Below, piece after piece: positions 50,633 through 60,040 of a stretch of 64,000 nt of DNA; positions within the stretch are counted from its first letter, which is position 1; the number at the start of each line of letters is the position of its first letter. The position numbers and the translations under genes were made by a program. The notes below the pieces were generated by a model. That model worked only from the letters and a program-made list of their open reading frames with translations. It was not told the DNA's origin and made no database searches. Source of the stretch: a virus; IMG/VR virus record IMGVR_UViG_3300030019_000026, one strand, 5' to 3'.

Positions 50633-51736
50633 ATGGCAACTATTAATGAAAGATTTGGTATTTTAAATGCGAGTCAAGTAAAATTGAGAAATAGAACAAC
50701 AAATAAATTATTACTTAAGATACCACAAGCAAACAAATGTACATTTGAATACAAAACTACGGATAAATCAGCAAAGGAACAAGGTATAGAAAAACTATTT
50801 TGGTCAACAACACCAGTAGCAACCTACAAAATGGAAACTGAAACTATATCTTTTGCTCAACTTGCAGAAGCATTAGGTAGTGATGGATTAGTATTAAATA
50901 CTGAAAATGAATCTTACTATAAGGAAGAAGTATTTGTAGTAACAACAGATGGAACTTTAGTTCTTAATTTAAAATCTGAACCTATGAATGGAACAGTGAT
51001 TAATTTTAATAAATTATCACTTGGTGGAGAATTAGACATATCACTAGTTGGTGTAGTAGATGCTACTGATAAAAAGAAATTTACTATTACTAATTCAGAG
51101 TTAAGAATTGGGGATAAAGTTGAAGTAAATTATACAGAAGTTTTATCAGCAGGACAAGTTTATACATTTAAAGTATATGGTAATAAACAAGTAGATGCTA
51201 AAGAACTACAAGCAACCGTATTAAGAAAAAATGTTGCTACAAATAAAATAGAATTAATGGATATGATTATTCCAAATGTAGTTATTCAATCTGGTGTAAC
51301 ATTATCATTTGACGCTGAAAACCCATCAAAATTTGAACTGAATTTCAAAGTACTTGGAGATCCGTTTAATACTGATGATGAAGGTAATCCATTATTCTGT
51401 GAATTTAAAGCAAAAGCACCAAAAATTCCTGTAACTCCAATTGCTGATTTAGCAGGAGTATCAAATGTATCAACAAAAATTGATTTAACATTTACAGCAC
51501 CAACTTCTTCAACATCAGTAGTATTAATGTATAAATTAAGTACAGATAGTACTTATAGTGCAGTGGCTACTAGTGGAACAACTGGGGTAAGAATAGCTTC
51601 TCCATTAACTGATACAAGTACTTCAACTCAAGTATTAGGGCTAACGGCTTCAACATCTTACAATTTAAAAATTGTAGTAACAGGTGGTATTCATGAAGGT
51701 GAATCTAATCTTGTAACAATTGTAACTATACCCTAG
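50633..51736 (+). CDS. Major tail tube protein with C-terminal FN3-like domain
   Basis: TLSFDAENPSKFELNFKVL tail-tube-like segment; C-terminal IDLTFTAP...LTASTSYNLKIVV. Confidence 0.7.
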   Translation: MATINERFGILNASQVKLRNRTTNKLLLKIPQANKCTFEYKTTDKSAKEQGIEKLFWSTTPVATYKMETETISFAQLAEALGSDGLVLNTENESYYKEEVFVVTTDGTLVLNLKSEPMNGTVINFNKLSLGGELDISLVGVVDATDKKKFTITNSELRIGDKVEVNYTEVLSAGQVYTFKVYGNKQVDAKELQATVLRKNVATNKIELMDMIIPNVVIQSGVTLSFDAENPSKFELNFKVLGDPFNTDDEGNPLFCEFKAKAPKIPVTPIADLAGVSNVSTKIDLTFTAPTSSTSVVLMYKLSTDSTYSAVATSGTTGVRIASPLTDTSTSTQVLGLTASTSYNLKIVVTGGIHEGESNLVTIVTIP

Positions 51737-51927
51737 TAATCCTACTAATATAGTAGGTCAATCAATACTAGGAGAAATGATTGTTGGATAAAAATATAAT
51801 CCAATATATTGTTGATTGACAAAAGAATAAATTAAATGAATATTAAGAATGAGTATCTATATGGTACTCATCTATTAGTATTATAACAAATAAATTAAAA
51901 CAATATATAAGGGAAGTGAATATATAA

Positions 51928-52365
51928 ATGGACTTTAATTCAATAGGAGAAATGTATGCTGAATTAGAAAAACAAATTAAAACGGATTTGATGATAGAAG
52001 CACAAAAAATACATTTGGCAATTCAAGATTATATTATATCAGATATATACCAAACGTATAGTCCAAAATTCTATGACAGAACAGGAACTCTTTTAAATAG
52101 TATTGAAGTATCTCCTGTTAAGAAAAATGGAGATGAATATACTATTGAGATATATGTAAAAGATGAATTACATGATATAGCTTTTTGGGAAACAGGTGAA
52201 CAAAGAACATTGACCGAAATACTAGAATATTTTGCTGAAGGGCATGGATATGGTCGAGGTGGAATTAAATTAAATCCAATGCAATCAGTATGGGAAAATG
52301 AGTGTAAAGATGTAATTAATAATCTTTTAGACTATCTTAAAAGGCGTGGTTTTGATTTTACATAA
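51928..52365 (+). CDS. HK97 gp10-like tail-module protein
   Basis: YSPKFYDRTGTLLNSI motif. Confidence 0.45.
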   Translation: MDFNSIGEMYAELEKQIKTDLMIEAQKIHLAIQDYIISDIYQTYSPKFYDRTGTLLNSIEVSPVKKNGDEYTIEIYVKDELHDIAFWETGEQRTLTEILEYFAEGHGYGRGGIKLNPMQSVWENECKDVINNLLDYLKRRGFDFT

Positions 52366-52698
52366 TAAGAAAATAAATTGTTCATTTTATTGCAATATAA
52401 ATTATTTAAACAAATTAAAAGAAATAGTATTGACTTTATTTTTAAAATGGAGTAATATTACATTAAAGATAATTTAATGTATAAATAAATAAAGTCAATA
52501 CATAATTTGAAAAACGTATATTTTAATGATGTTCTCCGACATCAAAATTTATTTAATGTATGTATGAGTAGTTATGACTAGGGGTAGCTCCCTTAGTCAG
52601 ATTATTCTAATTAAATAAATAATGGGGAATATGATTAAAATGTATGTGAAATTAATACATACATTAAATAAATTAAAATAAAAAGGAGATGTTTCATT

Positions 52699-53661
52699 AT
52701 GGAACAAAATAAAATTATTAAACTATTTACAGATGAAAAAGTAGAAGTAAAGGAACGAGAATTCACAAAAATTTTAGGTGGTTTTTCAGAAACAAGTCCC
52801 GTAATTACTGATAAACAAATCGGAGATTTACTTGGATATGCAAAAGGTGCTAGGCAGGTTAGAGATCAAGTTAATAGTAATTTACAACATTTTACGAGAG
52901 ATGATATTATTGATTTACAACGTGGAGATGGGAGCGACACGTTTGCTGAAGTATTGAAAACACTAGGCTACGCAAAACAATCTATAACACAAGCTAAAAA
53001 TATTTATGTGTTTTCTGAAGCAGGTTTTCTATTATATTTAAAGTTTGCCGAAGGTGATAAATCAGTAGAATTATACAAAGATTTTATTGAAGACTACTTT
53101 AAAACAAAAGCTGAGAATATAGTAATGGAAAAGACATTAGAAGAAACTAAGCAAGCACTAATTGATGAAAGAAAATACATATTAGGTAGTGTTATTTTTG
53201 AAACTGATACAACTAAGAAAATGCAACTGTTACAAAGAGATAAAAAATTAGAAGAACAAATAAATGAAATAGAAAAGACTTTAGCTAAGGAAGAATTAAT
53301 GGAACAATTAAAAGATAAATTAGCTATTGCATATGCATTTGAACAATCTAATAAAGAATATAGTATTGGTACATTTGCTAGATTCTTAAATATTAAGAAT
53401 TTCGGACAAAATAAATTATTTGAATGGATGAGAGATAGCGAAATATTAATGAAAAACAATGAGCCATATCAAAGATTTATGAATAATTTTCATGTTATAC
53501 CAGTTAAGAAAAATAAATTTACTGGTAGTAAAACTTTGATTAAAGCAAATGGAGTATCATACATAGTAAAGAGATTAATAAAAGATGGTAAAATTCAATC
53601 TAAAACTTACGAGGAAATTATAAATGATATCAATGAAAATTTACAATCAGAAGCTAGTTAG
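52699..53661 (+). CDS. Phage antirepressor (N-terminal DNA-binding domain + ANT/KilAC domain)
   Basis: C-terminal SIGTFARFL...GQNKLFEWMR...NEPYQRFM. Confidence 0.8.
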   Translation: MEQNKIIKLFTDEKVEVKEREFTKILGGFSETSPVITDKQIGDLLGYAKGARQVRDQVNSNLQHFTRDDIIDLQRGDGSDTFAEVLKTLGYAKQSITQAKNIYVFSEAGFLLYLKFAEGDKSVELYKDFIEDYFKTKAENIVMEKTLEETKQALIDERKYILGSVIFETDTTKKMQLLQRDKKLEEQINEIEKTLAKEELMEQLKDKLAIAYAFEQSNKEYSIGTFARFLNIKNFGQNKLFEWMRDSEILMKNNEPYQRFMNNFHVIPVKKNKFTGSKTLIKANGVSYIVKRLIKDGKIQSKTYEEIINDINENLQSEAS

Positions 53662-53881
53662 AAATAAATTAATATAAATAAAAATAAATGACTACATAGA
53701 AATGGACTAAATTAAATATGAATAAAATTATTAGACTAGATACTAAAAAGGTATTCTAGTCTTTTTATGTAGAAATTACAAAGGAATTATTGACTCTATC
53801 CGAAAATAGTATTATTATATATCTATAACCAATACATGAAAATAATGGTATGGAATAATAATACTAAGGGGATGAATAATT

Positions 53882-54616
53882 ATGAATAAAATCTTTAAAA
53901 AGTTTATTGTAATGGGAATAATAGCTAGTTCGATAAGTATATTGCCTTTGACAGGAGCAAGTGCAGAGTGGAAACAAGACTCTAAAGGTTGGTGGAATAC
54001 TGAAGGAAGTTCATGGTCAGTAGGTTGGAAGCAAATCGATTCTAAATGGTACTATTTTGGACAAGACGGTTATATGGCACATGATACTATTGTTGATGGA
54101 TATAAAATTGATAATAATGGAGTATGGATTCAAAATAACACTGTAAACAATACAACAGAAACAAGTACAAATGTTTCGAATACGGCTAACAGTAATAATA
54201 GTTCTAATACTAATTTAACTAATAACATAGATAATAGTACAAGTAGTAATTCAAGCGTTACATTAAATAATACTGGTGTGATTAATGCTAATACAACTAA
54301 TAATGTTGCTGTTGATAACACTAGTAAAGAAGAAAAAGATTATTATAAAGAATTGAAGAAAAGTCAACAAAATGCACAAGATGATTTAAAAGCATATTAT
54401 CAAAAACAATTAAATCAAGCTAAAGATGATTTAGCAGAAGCGAAAAAAGGATTAGATAATGTTAAAAGTCAATTAACTATTAAGACATTAGCAAAACAAT
54501 CGGATGGAACTTGGCAATATGTACCTTCTGTCGATACTTCAAAAGTTGCTCAATATGAAAAGAAAGTGAAAACTTATCAAGATTTAGTTGATTATTATGG
54601 GAAATTAGTTAAATAA
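53882..54616 (+). CDS. Secreted cell-wall (choline)-binding-repeat protein
   Basis: Signal peptide ending ASA; WKQDSKGWW...GWKQIDSKWYYFGQDGYMAH repeat; Asn/Thr linker; coiled-coil C-terminus. Confidence 0.8.
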   Translation: MNKIFKKFIVMGIIASSISILPLTGASAEWKQDSKGWWNTEGSSWSVGWKQIDSKWYYFGQDGYMAHDTIVDGYKIDNNGVWIQNNTVNNTTETSTNVSNTANSNNSSNTNLTNNIDNSTSSNSSVTLNNTGVINANTTNNVAVDNTSKEEKDYYKELKKSQQNAQDDLKAYYQKQLNQAKDDLAEAKKGLDNVKSQLTIKTLAKQSDGTWQYVPSVDTSKVAQYEKKVKTYQDLVDYYGKLVK

Positions 54617-54732
54617 TTATAAACTTAAAAGACTTTAGAGATTATTAAATTAATTCTAAGGTCTTTTATTTTTATATAAGTAAAGTAAATAAAATGTGTT
54701 GACAGATAATAGTAAAAGAGTATAATAGAAAT

Positions 54733-54810
54733 TGTAAAGAAGTTAAAACTAAATTATATAAATGTTTCATGCGATAAGATGCTTAGTTCCAGTAAGTATC
54801 TTATTTTTTT
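54733..54810 (+). ncRNA. Putative type I antitoxin RNA 1 (~80 nt)
   Basis: TTGACA(54699)-16-TATAAT(54721); terminator ATAAGATGCTTA/TAAGTATCTTAT-T7; contains AATGTTTCATGC complementary to the toxin start region. Confidence 0.6.
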
Positions 54811-54928
54811 ATATGTAAAAAGAACTTTCTATATTGCTTCATTACCACCTCACATGAGTTCCAGTCACGCTTTTTAACTCCACAATATTTACTCGTTCTT
54901 ATTTCCAACTATTAAATTTTTCTATTTG

Positions 54929-55051
54929 TTATTTAATTATTGGGATATGTATATTTAAAACTGATGCTATCATATTAAAAAGTCCACCTAAGAAGATAAG
55001 TACTGATTTCAACAATTCGTTATCTATAGTAAATTTCTTGCAATGTTTCAT
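54929..55051 (-). CDS. Putative type I toxin peptide 1 (40 aa, MKHCKKFTIDNELLKSVLIFLGGLFNMIASVLNIHIPIIK)
   Basis: GGGAGGGAGG SD inside a 5' stem; TTGTAA-17-TGnTATAAT promoter at 55125-55097; hydrophobic core. Confidence 0.65.
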   Translation of the reverse strand: MKHCKKFTIDNELLKSVLIFLGGLFNMIASVLNIHIPIIK

Positions 55052-55182
55052 GCCATCGCCTCCCTCCCAATTAGGAATATTCGAGATGGCAATATAATTA
55101 TAACATTGTATGGAAGTAATTACAATTTAATGGAAAATATATTTGGTTGTAAATAAGTATACAATTGTGATATAATGGAGAT

Positions 55183-55329
55183 AATAAATAAGAAAAAGCC
55201 TAGTGTTGAAGCACTAAGCCAGTCCTATAAACAATATCACGTTTTTACAGGTTTCAAAGGACTATTGAATCGATATGTAAATGAATACTAAATCACTGAT
55301 AAAGCACTACTTGGATGGGGTGCTTTTTT
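55183..55329 (+). ncRNA. Putative type I antitoxin RNA 2 (~145 nt)
   Basis: Extended -10 TGATATAAT (55168-76); AAAAAGCCTAGTGTTGAAGCACTAAG hairpin; terminator overlaps the toxin 2 stop codon. Confidence 0.55.
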
Positions 55330-55456
55330 CAGTTGTCTCAAAATCAAAATCTTTGTAATGAATTTTAACTAGGTTTTCGGAATTCAGTGCTTTATATAAA
55401 ACTAATATAATACCTAATATTTCAATTACCTTAATAATAAAATCAAACATATCCAA
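55307..55456 (-). CDS. Putative type I toxin peptide 2 (49 aa, MDMFDFIIKVIEILGIILVLYKALNSENLVKIHYKDFDFETTEKSTPSK)
   Basis: AGGAGG SD 8 nt before TTG; N-terminal TM helix and charged tail; convergent sRNA. Confidence 0.6.
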   Translation of the reverse strand: MDMFDFIIKVIEILGIILVLYKALNSENLVKIHYKDFDFETTEKSTPSK

Positions 55457-55794
55457 CAGCAACACCTCCTAGAATTATATTTTCAATAACCCTTTGAGGT
55501 GGAAAACGTATAACCACCGTCTCATCCATAACGGCATATATGATAGAATAGTTTTACTATATTTTATAGATTTAAATGTTAAGTAGATTAATAAACCCCT
55601 TTATTTATATTAACTTTTCTCTACAGAATATAGTAAGATTATTATACCATAAAATTGGAAATATGGATATTATTATTTTGATTAATTGATTGTATTAAGA
55701 ATAGAAGATTTTAGAAGTGTATTCAATGATATGATTAATTAGATTAATTACAGAATTTGATTTAAAAATATGTAAGACTAGCGATTTTTAGTTG

Positions 55795-56250
55795 CTAGTC
55801 TTTTTTTATAGGATAATATTGATTTATATAAATTAACGTTTGTGCATTTATATCATTTACTGATAATCTCAAACATTCAATAAATAGTTGTTGTTTACTA
55901 TCAGTTATCTTTTTATTACGCATTACCATTTCAATAACCTTTTCATCTATGTTTTCACCTTTAAATATTTGTATAAACGACGAAGTTTTATGGTTTTGTG
56001 TTATTGAAAAGGACGTCAACCAAGTTATAATTCTTTCTGCTAATTGTTTTGGTTTATATGTTTCTTCATAATAATTATCATAATCTTCTATAGGAAAACG
56101 ACCCTCTAATCTTTCAAAATATTGTTCCATCATATATTCAATTTCTTTACTTGGAGTTCTTTTATCAGTAATGCTTAAAAATTCTATATCACTTTTCATT
56201 CTATCCGGAAGTGTAATTATTATCCTTGACTTATCATTTGGGATTGCCAT
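55795..56250 (-). CDS. CopG/Arc-like ribbon-helix-helix regulator
   Basis: SRIIITLPDRMKSDIEFLS..DKRTPSKEIEYMM. Confidence 0.6.
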   Translation of the reverse strand: MAIPNDKSRIIITLPDRMKSDIEFLSITDKRTPSKEIEYMMEQYFERLEGRFPIEDYDNYYEETYKPKQLAERIITWLTSFSITQNHKTSSFIQIFKGENIDEKVIEMVMRNKKITDSKQQLFIECLRLSVNDINAQTLIYINQYYPIKKD

Positions 56251-56501
56251 AATGCTCTCTCCTTTAATATGTTTATTTTGTACACTTATATTGTAACATA
56301 TTTATTTAGAAAATAAAAGTGAATATTAATTATATATTCTGAAACTTTTATATTGACAAGGTGTACACCTAGGTAGTATTATAAATACATAAGGTTGGTA
56401 AACAAAACCAATCAAATAAAAATAAGGCAACAACATAGAAGTTATCACCTAGTGTCTCGCAAATACTAGTATAACACATGTTTCAGCCTTAATCAAGGGA
56501 G

Positions 56502-56966
56502 ATGTGTATTGTGGGACAAGTATTAACAAATCAATATCCAAGGGAAGATTATTATGTAGGAATGCAAATTGACTGTAGGAATATTTTTATCAATTATGGT
56601 CACTGGTTAGAAAAGCAAGGTATTGAAAACGAAGGTGATATATCAGATTATGAAACATTTTTAAAGAAATGGAATGAAGAAAAAGAATTACAAAGGGATT
56701 TAGAATATAGTGATTTGATGGCTTTTATAAGAGAAAATGAATTTGATAACTTGAATTTGTACAAGCAAGAAGATTATTACGATGAAGAGTATGATAAAGT
56801 CACCTGTATATATGGAGAAGAATTCTTCGATATAATAGGTATTAAAGAAAAGAAGTTTAGAAATTTGTTCGTGAAAAGCGAATACATAAGTGAGTATGAA
56901 GACAGAATGAATATAGTTATTGAAACAAATGGCGGAAGACAAGGATATATATTAGAAGTTTCTTAA
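56502..56966 (+). CDS. Hypothetical protein
   Basis: 154-aa acidic ORF divergent from the RHH gene. Confidence 0.5.
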   Translation: MCIVGQVLTNQYPREDYYVGMQIDCRNIFINYGHWLEKQGIENEGDISDYETFLKKWNEEKELQRDLEYSDLMAFIRENEFDNLNLYKQEDYYDEEYDKVTCIYGEEFFDIIGIKEKKFRNLFVKSEYISEYEDRMNIVIETNGGRQGYILEVS

Positions 56967-57350
56967 AGTGTAATGTTGTTAATTTATAGGGTTTATTTTG
57001 ATATATGTAAGACTAGATGACTTCGTAAGTATGTCATACATAGATGAAGGTAAAAATGATATAGAATTGATGGTTAAGTTTAATAGAATTAATCAAAGAT
57101 ATATTATCGGAGTTTAGATAATATATATAAGGGAGATATATAAATAGAGTTGTTAGTTATATCTGTTATTGTATTTCATATTCTAAATTATGGTATAATA
57201 ACAGATATAATATTAATATAGAAGGTGATTATTTTGAAAGTCAAAAGAAAACGAGGATGCCCAATTAAATCTATTAAATCAGATAAGCATAAAAGAATAA
57301 TAAAAGCAACTATAATAGAATCAAAGACTAAAAAAATTGGGGGTGTTGTT

Positions 57351-57503
57351 ATGATTGAATTAACTAGACCGTTAAGTTATGGATTTATTGTAAGAGAAGA
57401 TAAAGTGGAAGATTTTTTAAACCATAAAAGAGACAAAAGTAAACTAGAAAGAGTTTTAAGAAAAGCTAATAAACTAAGAAAAAATATGGGAGTACACGAA
57501 TAG
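57351..57503 (+). CDS. Small basic protein, putative antitoxin of the GNAT (50 aa)
   Basis: ATG 57351 with GGGGGTG SD; stop abuts the GNAT start. Confidence 0.5.
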   Translation: MIELTRPLSYGFIVREDKVEDFLNHKRDKSKLERVLRKANKLRKNMGVHE

Positions 57504-58040
57504 ATGTTGTATGGGGAGAGTATTAACTTTAATATATTTAAATTGACTAAAGAGTACTTATCAATGGTTGAAAATTTTACATGTGGTAATGATGAAATAG
57601 ATAAATATTTAAAAACAAAAGCTTTTGAAGACTTAGAGTTTGGTAATAGCTTTACTAGAATTATTATTAATAAAGATAATAATGAATTGATAGGTTATTA
57701 TTCTATTAATTGTTCATCTATAGTAATGGAAAATTACAATCATAGGTATTTTTCTCCTGCAATAGAAATTAAAATGTTTGCATTGAGTGAAAAATATCAA
57801 GGGATTAGACTTTCTAATGAAGACGATGATATGTTTAGTGACCAAATTCTATGTGAAATAATAAGTAAAATAGTTGGAATTACTGAAGCGTATATATCAG
57901 CAAGGAGTATAATACTATATTCAGTTCCAAAAGCTAAAAGTTTTTATGAAAGAAATGGATTTGAAGCGTTTGTGGAATATATGCTTAGTAGTGACGATAT
58001 GTATATTAAAGATTGTATTCCGATGTGGTTTCAATTATAA
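57504..58040 (+). CDS. GNAT acetyltransferase (TacT/AtaT-like toxin family)
   Basis: ENFTCGNDEIDKYLK, LIGYYSI, PAIEIKMFAL, LYSVPKAKSFYERNGF. Confidence 0.75.
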   Translation: MLYGESINFNIFKLTKEYLSMVENFTCGNDEIDKYLKTKAFEDLEFGNSFTRIIINKDNNELIGYYSINCSSIVMENYNHRYFSPAIEIKMFALSEKYQGIRLSNEDDDMFSDQILCEIISKIVGITEAYISARSIILYSVPKAKSFYERNGFEAFVEYMLSSDDMYIKDCIPMWFQL

Positions 58041-58079
58041 AGTTGATTATAATTTGCTCTTATGAGTGTTATAATATAT

Positions 58080-58200
58080 ATAGGAACAAGTTAGTTAATG
58101 GGGTTGCAAACCTGTTAATTTAATTAAAGGAGATTTTACTAACCGTCTCCGTTCCTATTTTTTAATATGGTTAGTAAATAAATTAAAGCGAGGTTAGTGT
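58080..58200 (+). ncRNA. Structured three-way-junction 5' leader (copy C)
   Basis: P1 ATAGGAAC/GTTCCTAT; P2 loop GTTGCAAA; P3 GGAGAT/GTCTCC with loop TTTACTAACC complementary to 58169-78 and 58192-98. Confidence 0.6.
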
Positions 58201-58201
58201 T

Positions 58202-60040
58202 ATGAGCAATGAAGAATATCATAGAATTATAGAAAAATTCAAAGATGAAAATAAGGAATTAATTGAAAGTGGTAAATATAAAAAAATGTTTACTGAGAAT
58301 TTACCAAAATGGAATAATGGGTGTTATATAGGTAAAATAAATTGGGAAAAAAGTATTGGATATAAAGTATTTTTTATATACGATAATTTAATAGGATGGA
58401 TAAATATTATTAAATATATTAAAGGAAAACAGCCAAAAGTAAAAATTTTATACAAAAGTAAGGAAGCTATGTTATTAACAAGTTGCTTTAGTAATTGCAT
58501 AATAGGTGAGATACTAGGAAAGAAAACAAAAGATTTTAAAATAGAAATCGGAACTCATTATAAAGATAGTCAAAGGGATATAACTATTACGGATATGAAG
58601 AGAGAACAAAATGAAAATGGTAAATGGAGTAAATTATATAAATACACTTGCAATGTTTGTGGGTTTGACTGTGGAGAACACTACTATCCTAGAGATAAAA
58701 AATACAAAGACGAATTATGGATAGGGGAAAGTAATTTATTAAAACATAAACAAGGTTGTTCGTGTTGTCATAGTGTTATAGTAGTAAATGGAATAAACGA
58801 CGTTATAACAACCGATCCTTGGATGATACCATATATAGGTAAAGAATGTGCTAAGACTCATACGCATGGGAGTAATGACAAAGTTCAAGTAACTTGCACT
58901 GACTGCGGAAGAATTAGAGATAAGAAAATAGAAATAAATAAGATATACACTTACAAATCTATCGGGTGTTCTTGTAGCGATTCAGTTAGTTACCCAAACA
59001 AAATCGCATATTCTTTACTAGAACAATTAAATCAAATATATAAGTTTGATTATTTAGAACATGAATATTCGCCTGAATGGATAGGATTAAAAAGATATGA
59101 TAATTATTTTATTTATCAAAAAAAACAATATATACTTGAAATGGATGGCAAGTGGCATTCTAAAGACAATAAAATGAGTGGACAAACCAAATATAAATCC
59201 AAAGCTATAGATGATTATAAAGATGAACAAGCTAGATTACATGGTATTGAAGTTATTAGAATTGATTGTACGATAAGCGATTTAAATTTTATTAAACAAA
59301 ACGTATTGAGTAACAATAATATAAATAATTTATTTGATTTACGCAAAATAGATTGGCAAAAGTGTGAAGATTTTGCTTTATCTAACTTAGTCAAAGTGGT
59401 TTGTGAATACAAAAGAAACAATTCTAATATAACTGCTTTTAAAATTGCAAAAATAATGAAATTATCTCAAGGAACAATAAGAACCTATCTCAAAAAAGGC
59501 AGAGAATTATATTGGTGTGATTATGATGCTAAAGAAGAGCAAAGAAAGAGTATAGAAAAATATAGATTAGATAAAAGTAAAGAAGTAAAAATATTTAAAG
59601 ACGGAGTTTATTTAGGGAAATTTATTTCATGTTCAGATTTAGCTAGAAAGTCAGAAAAATTATTTGGTGTTAAATTAAAAGGTGGAGGAATTATTAGAGT
59701 TTGTAATGGCAAAGCAATACATTATAAAGGATATAAATTTGAATATGCAAATATAACAGACAAGGAACATATAATTATAGAACAAAATAAGTCTATTTTA
59801 AAGACAAAACATGTTATATGTTTAAATAATAGAATTATAACATATAATGTAACACAATGTGCTAAGAATAGTTTACAATTATTTGGGATTAAAATATCAT
59901 ATTCATCAATATATAATATTTGTAATAATAAACAAAAAGAGATAAAAGGCTTTATGTTTAAATATATTCAAGATTTAACAGAAGAAGACTATATAACATA
60001 TGATATAACTAATAAGCTAAAAGAATTAAAAGCTATATAA
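58202..60040 (+). CDS. Free-standing homing-endonuclease-like protein (paralogue of 16175 and 27462)
   Basis: CNVCG, CSCC...GINDVITTDPW, CTDCG; RYDNY...ILEMDGKWH; IRIDC; NUMOD1-like C-terminus. Confidence 0.72.
   Translation: MSNEEYHRIIEKFKDENKELIESGKYKKMFTENLPKWNNGCYIGKINWEKSIGYKVFFIYDNLIGWINIIKYIKGKQPKVKILYKSKEAMLLTSCFSNCIIGEILGKKTKDFKIEIGTHYKDSQRDITITDMKREQNENGKWSKLYKYTCNVCGFDCGEHYYPRDKKYKDELWIGESNLLKHKQGCSCCHSVIVVNGINDVITTDPWMIPYIGKECAKTHTHGSNDKVQVTCTDCGRIRDKKIEINKIYTYKSIGCSCSDSVSYPNKIAYSLLEQLNQIYKFDYLEHEYSPEWIGLKRYDNYFIYQKKQYILEMDGKWHSKDNKMSGQTKYKSKAIDDYKDEQARLHGIEVIRIDCTISDLNFIKQNVLSNNNINNLFDLRKIDWQKCEDFALSNLVKVVCEYKRNNSNITAFKIAKIMKLSQGTIRTYLKKGRELYWCDYDAKEEQRKSIEKYRLDKSKEVKIFKDGVYLGKFISCSDLARKSEKLFGVKLKGGGIIRVCNGKAIHYKGYKFEYANITDKEHIIIEQNKSILKTKHVICLNNRIITYNVTQCAKNSLQLFGIKISYSSIYNICNNKQKEIKGFMFKYIQDLTEEDYITYDITNKLKELKAI

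Noticed and set aside
17777-52526. TRAAA-N5/7-TTTTA dyad as a regulatory motif
   Set aside because: Seen several times, but spacing varies and it is expected by chance at this AT content.
54600-55600. Arbitrium (AimR/AimP) or Agr peptide signalling
   Set aside because: No TPR receptor or AgrB gene in the window. The small peptides fit type I toxin architecture better.
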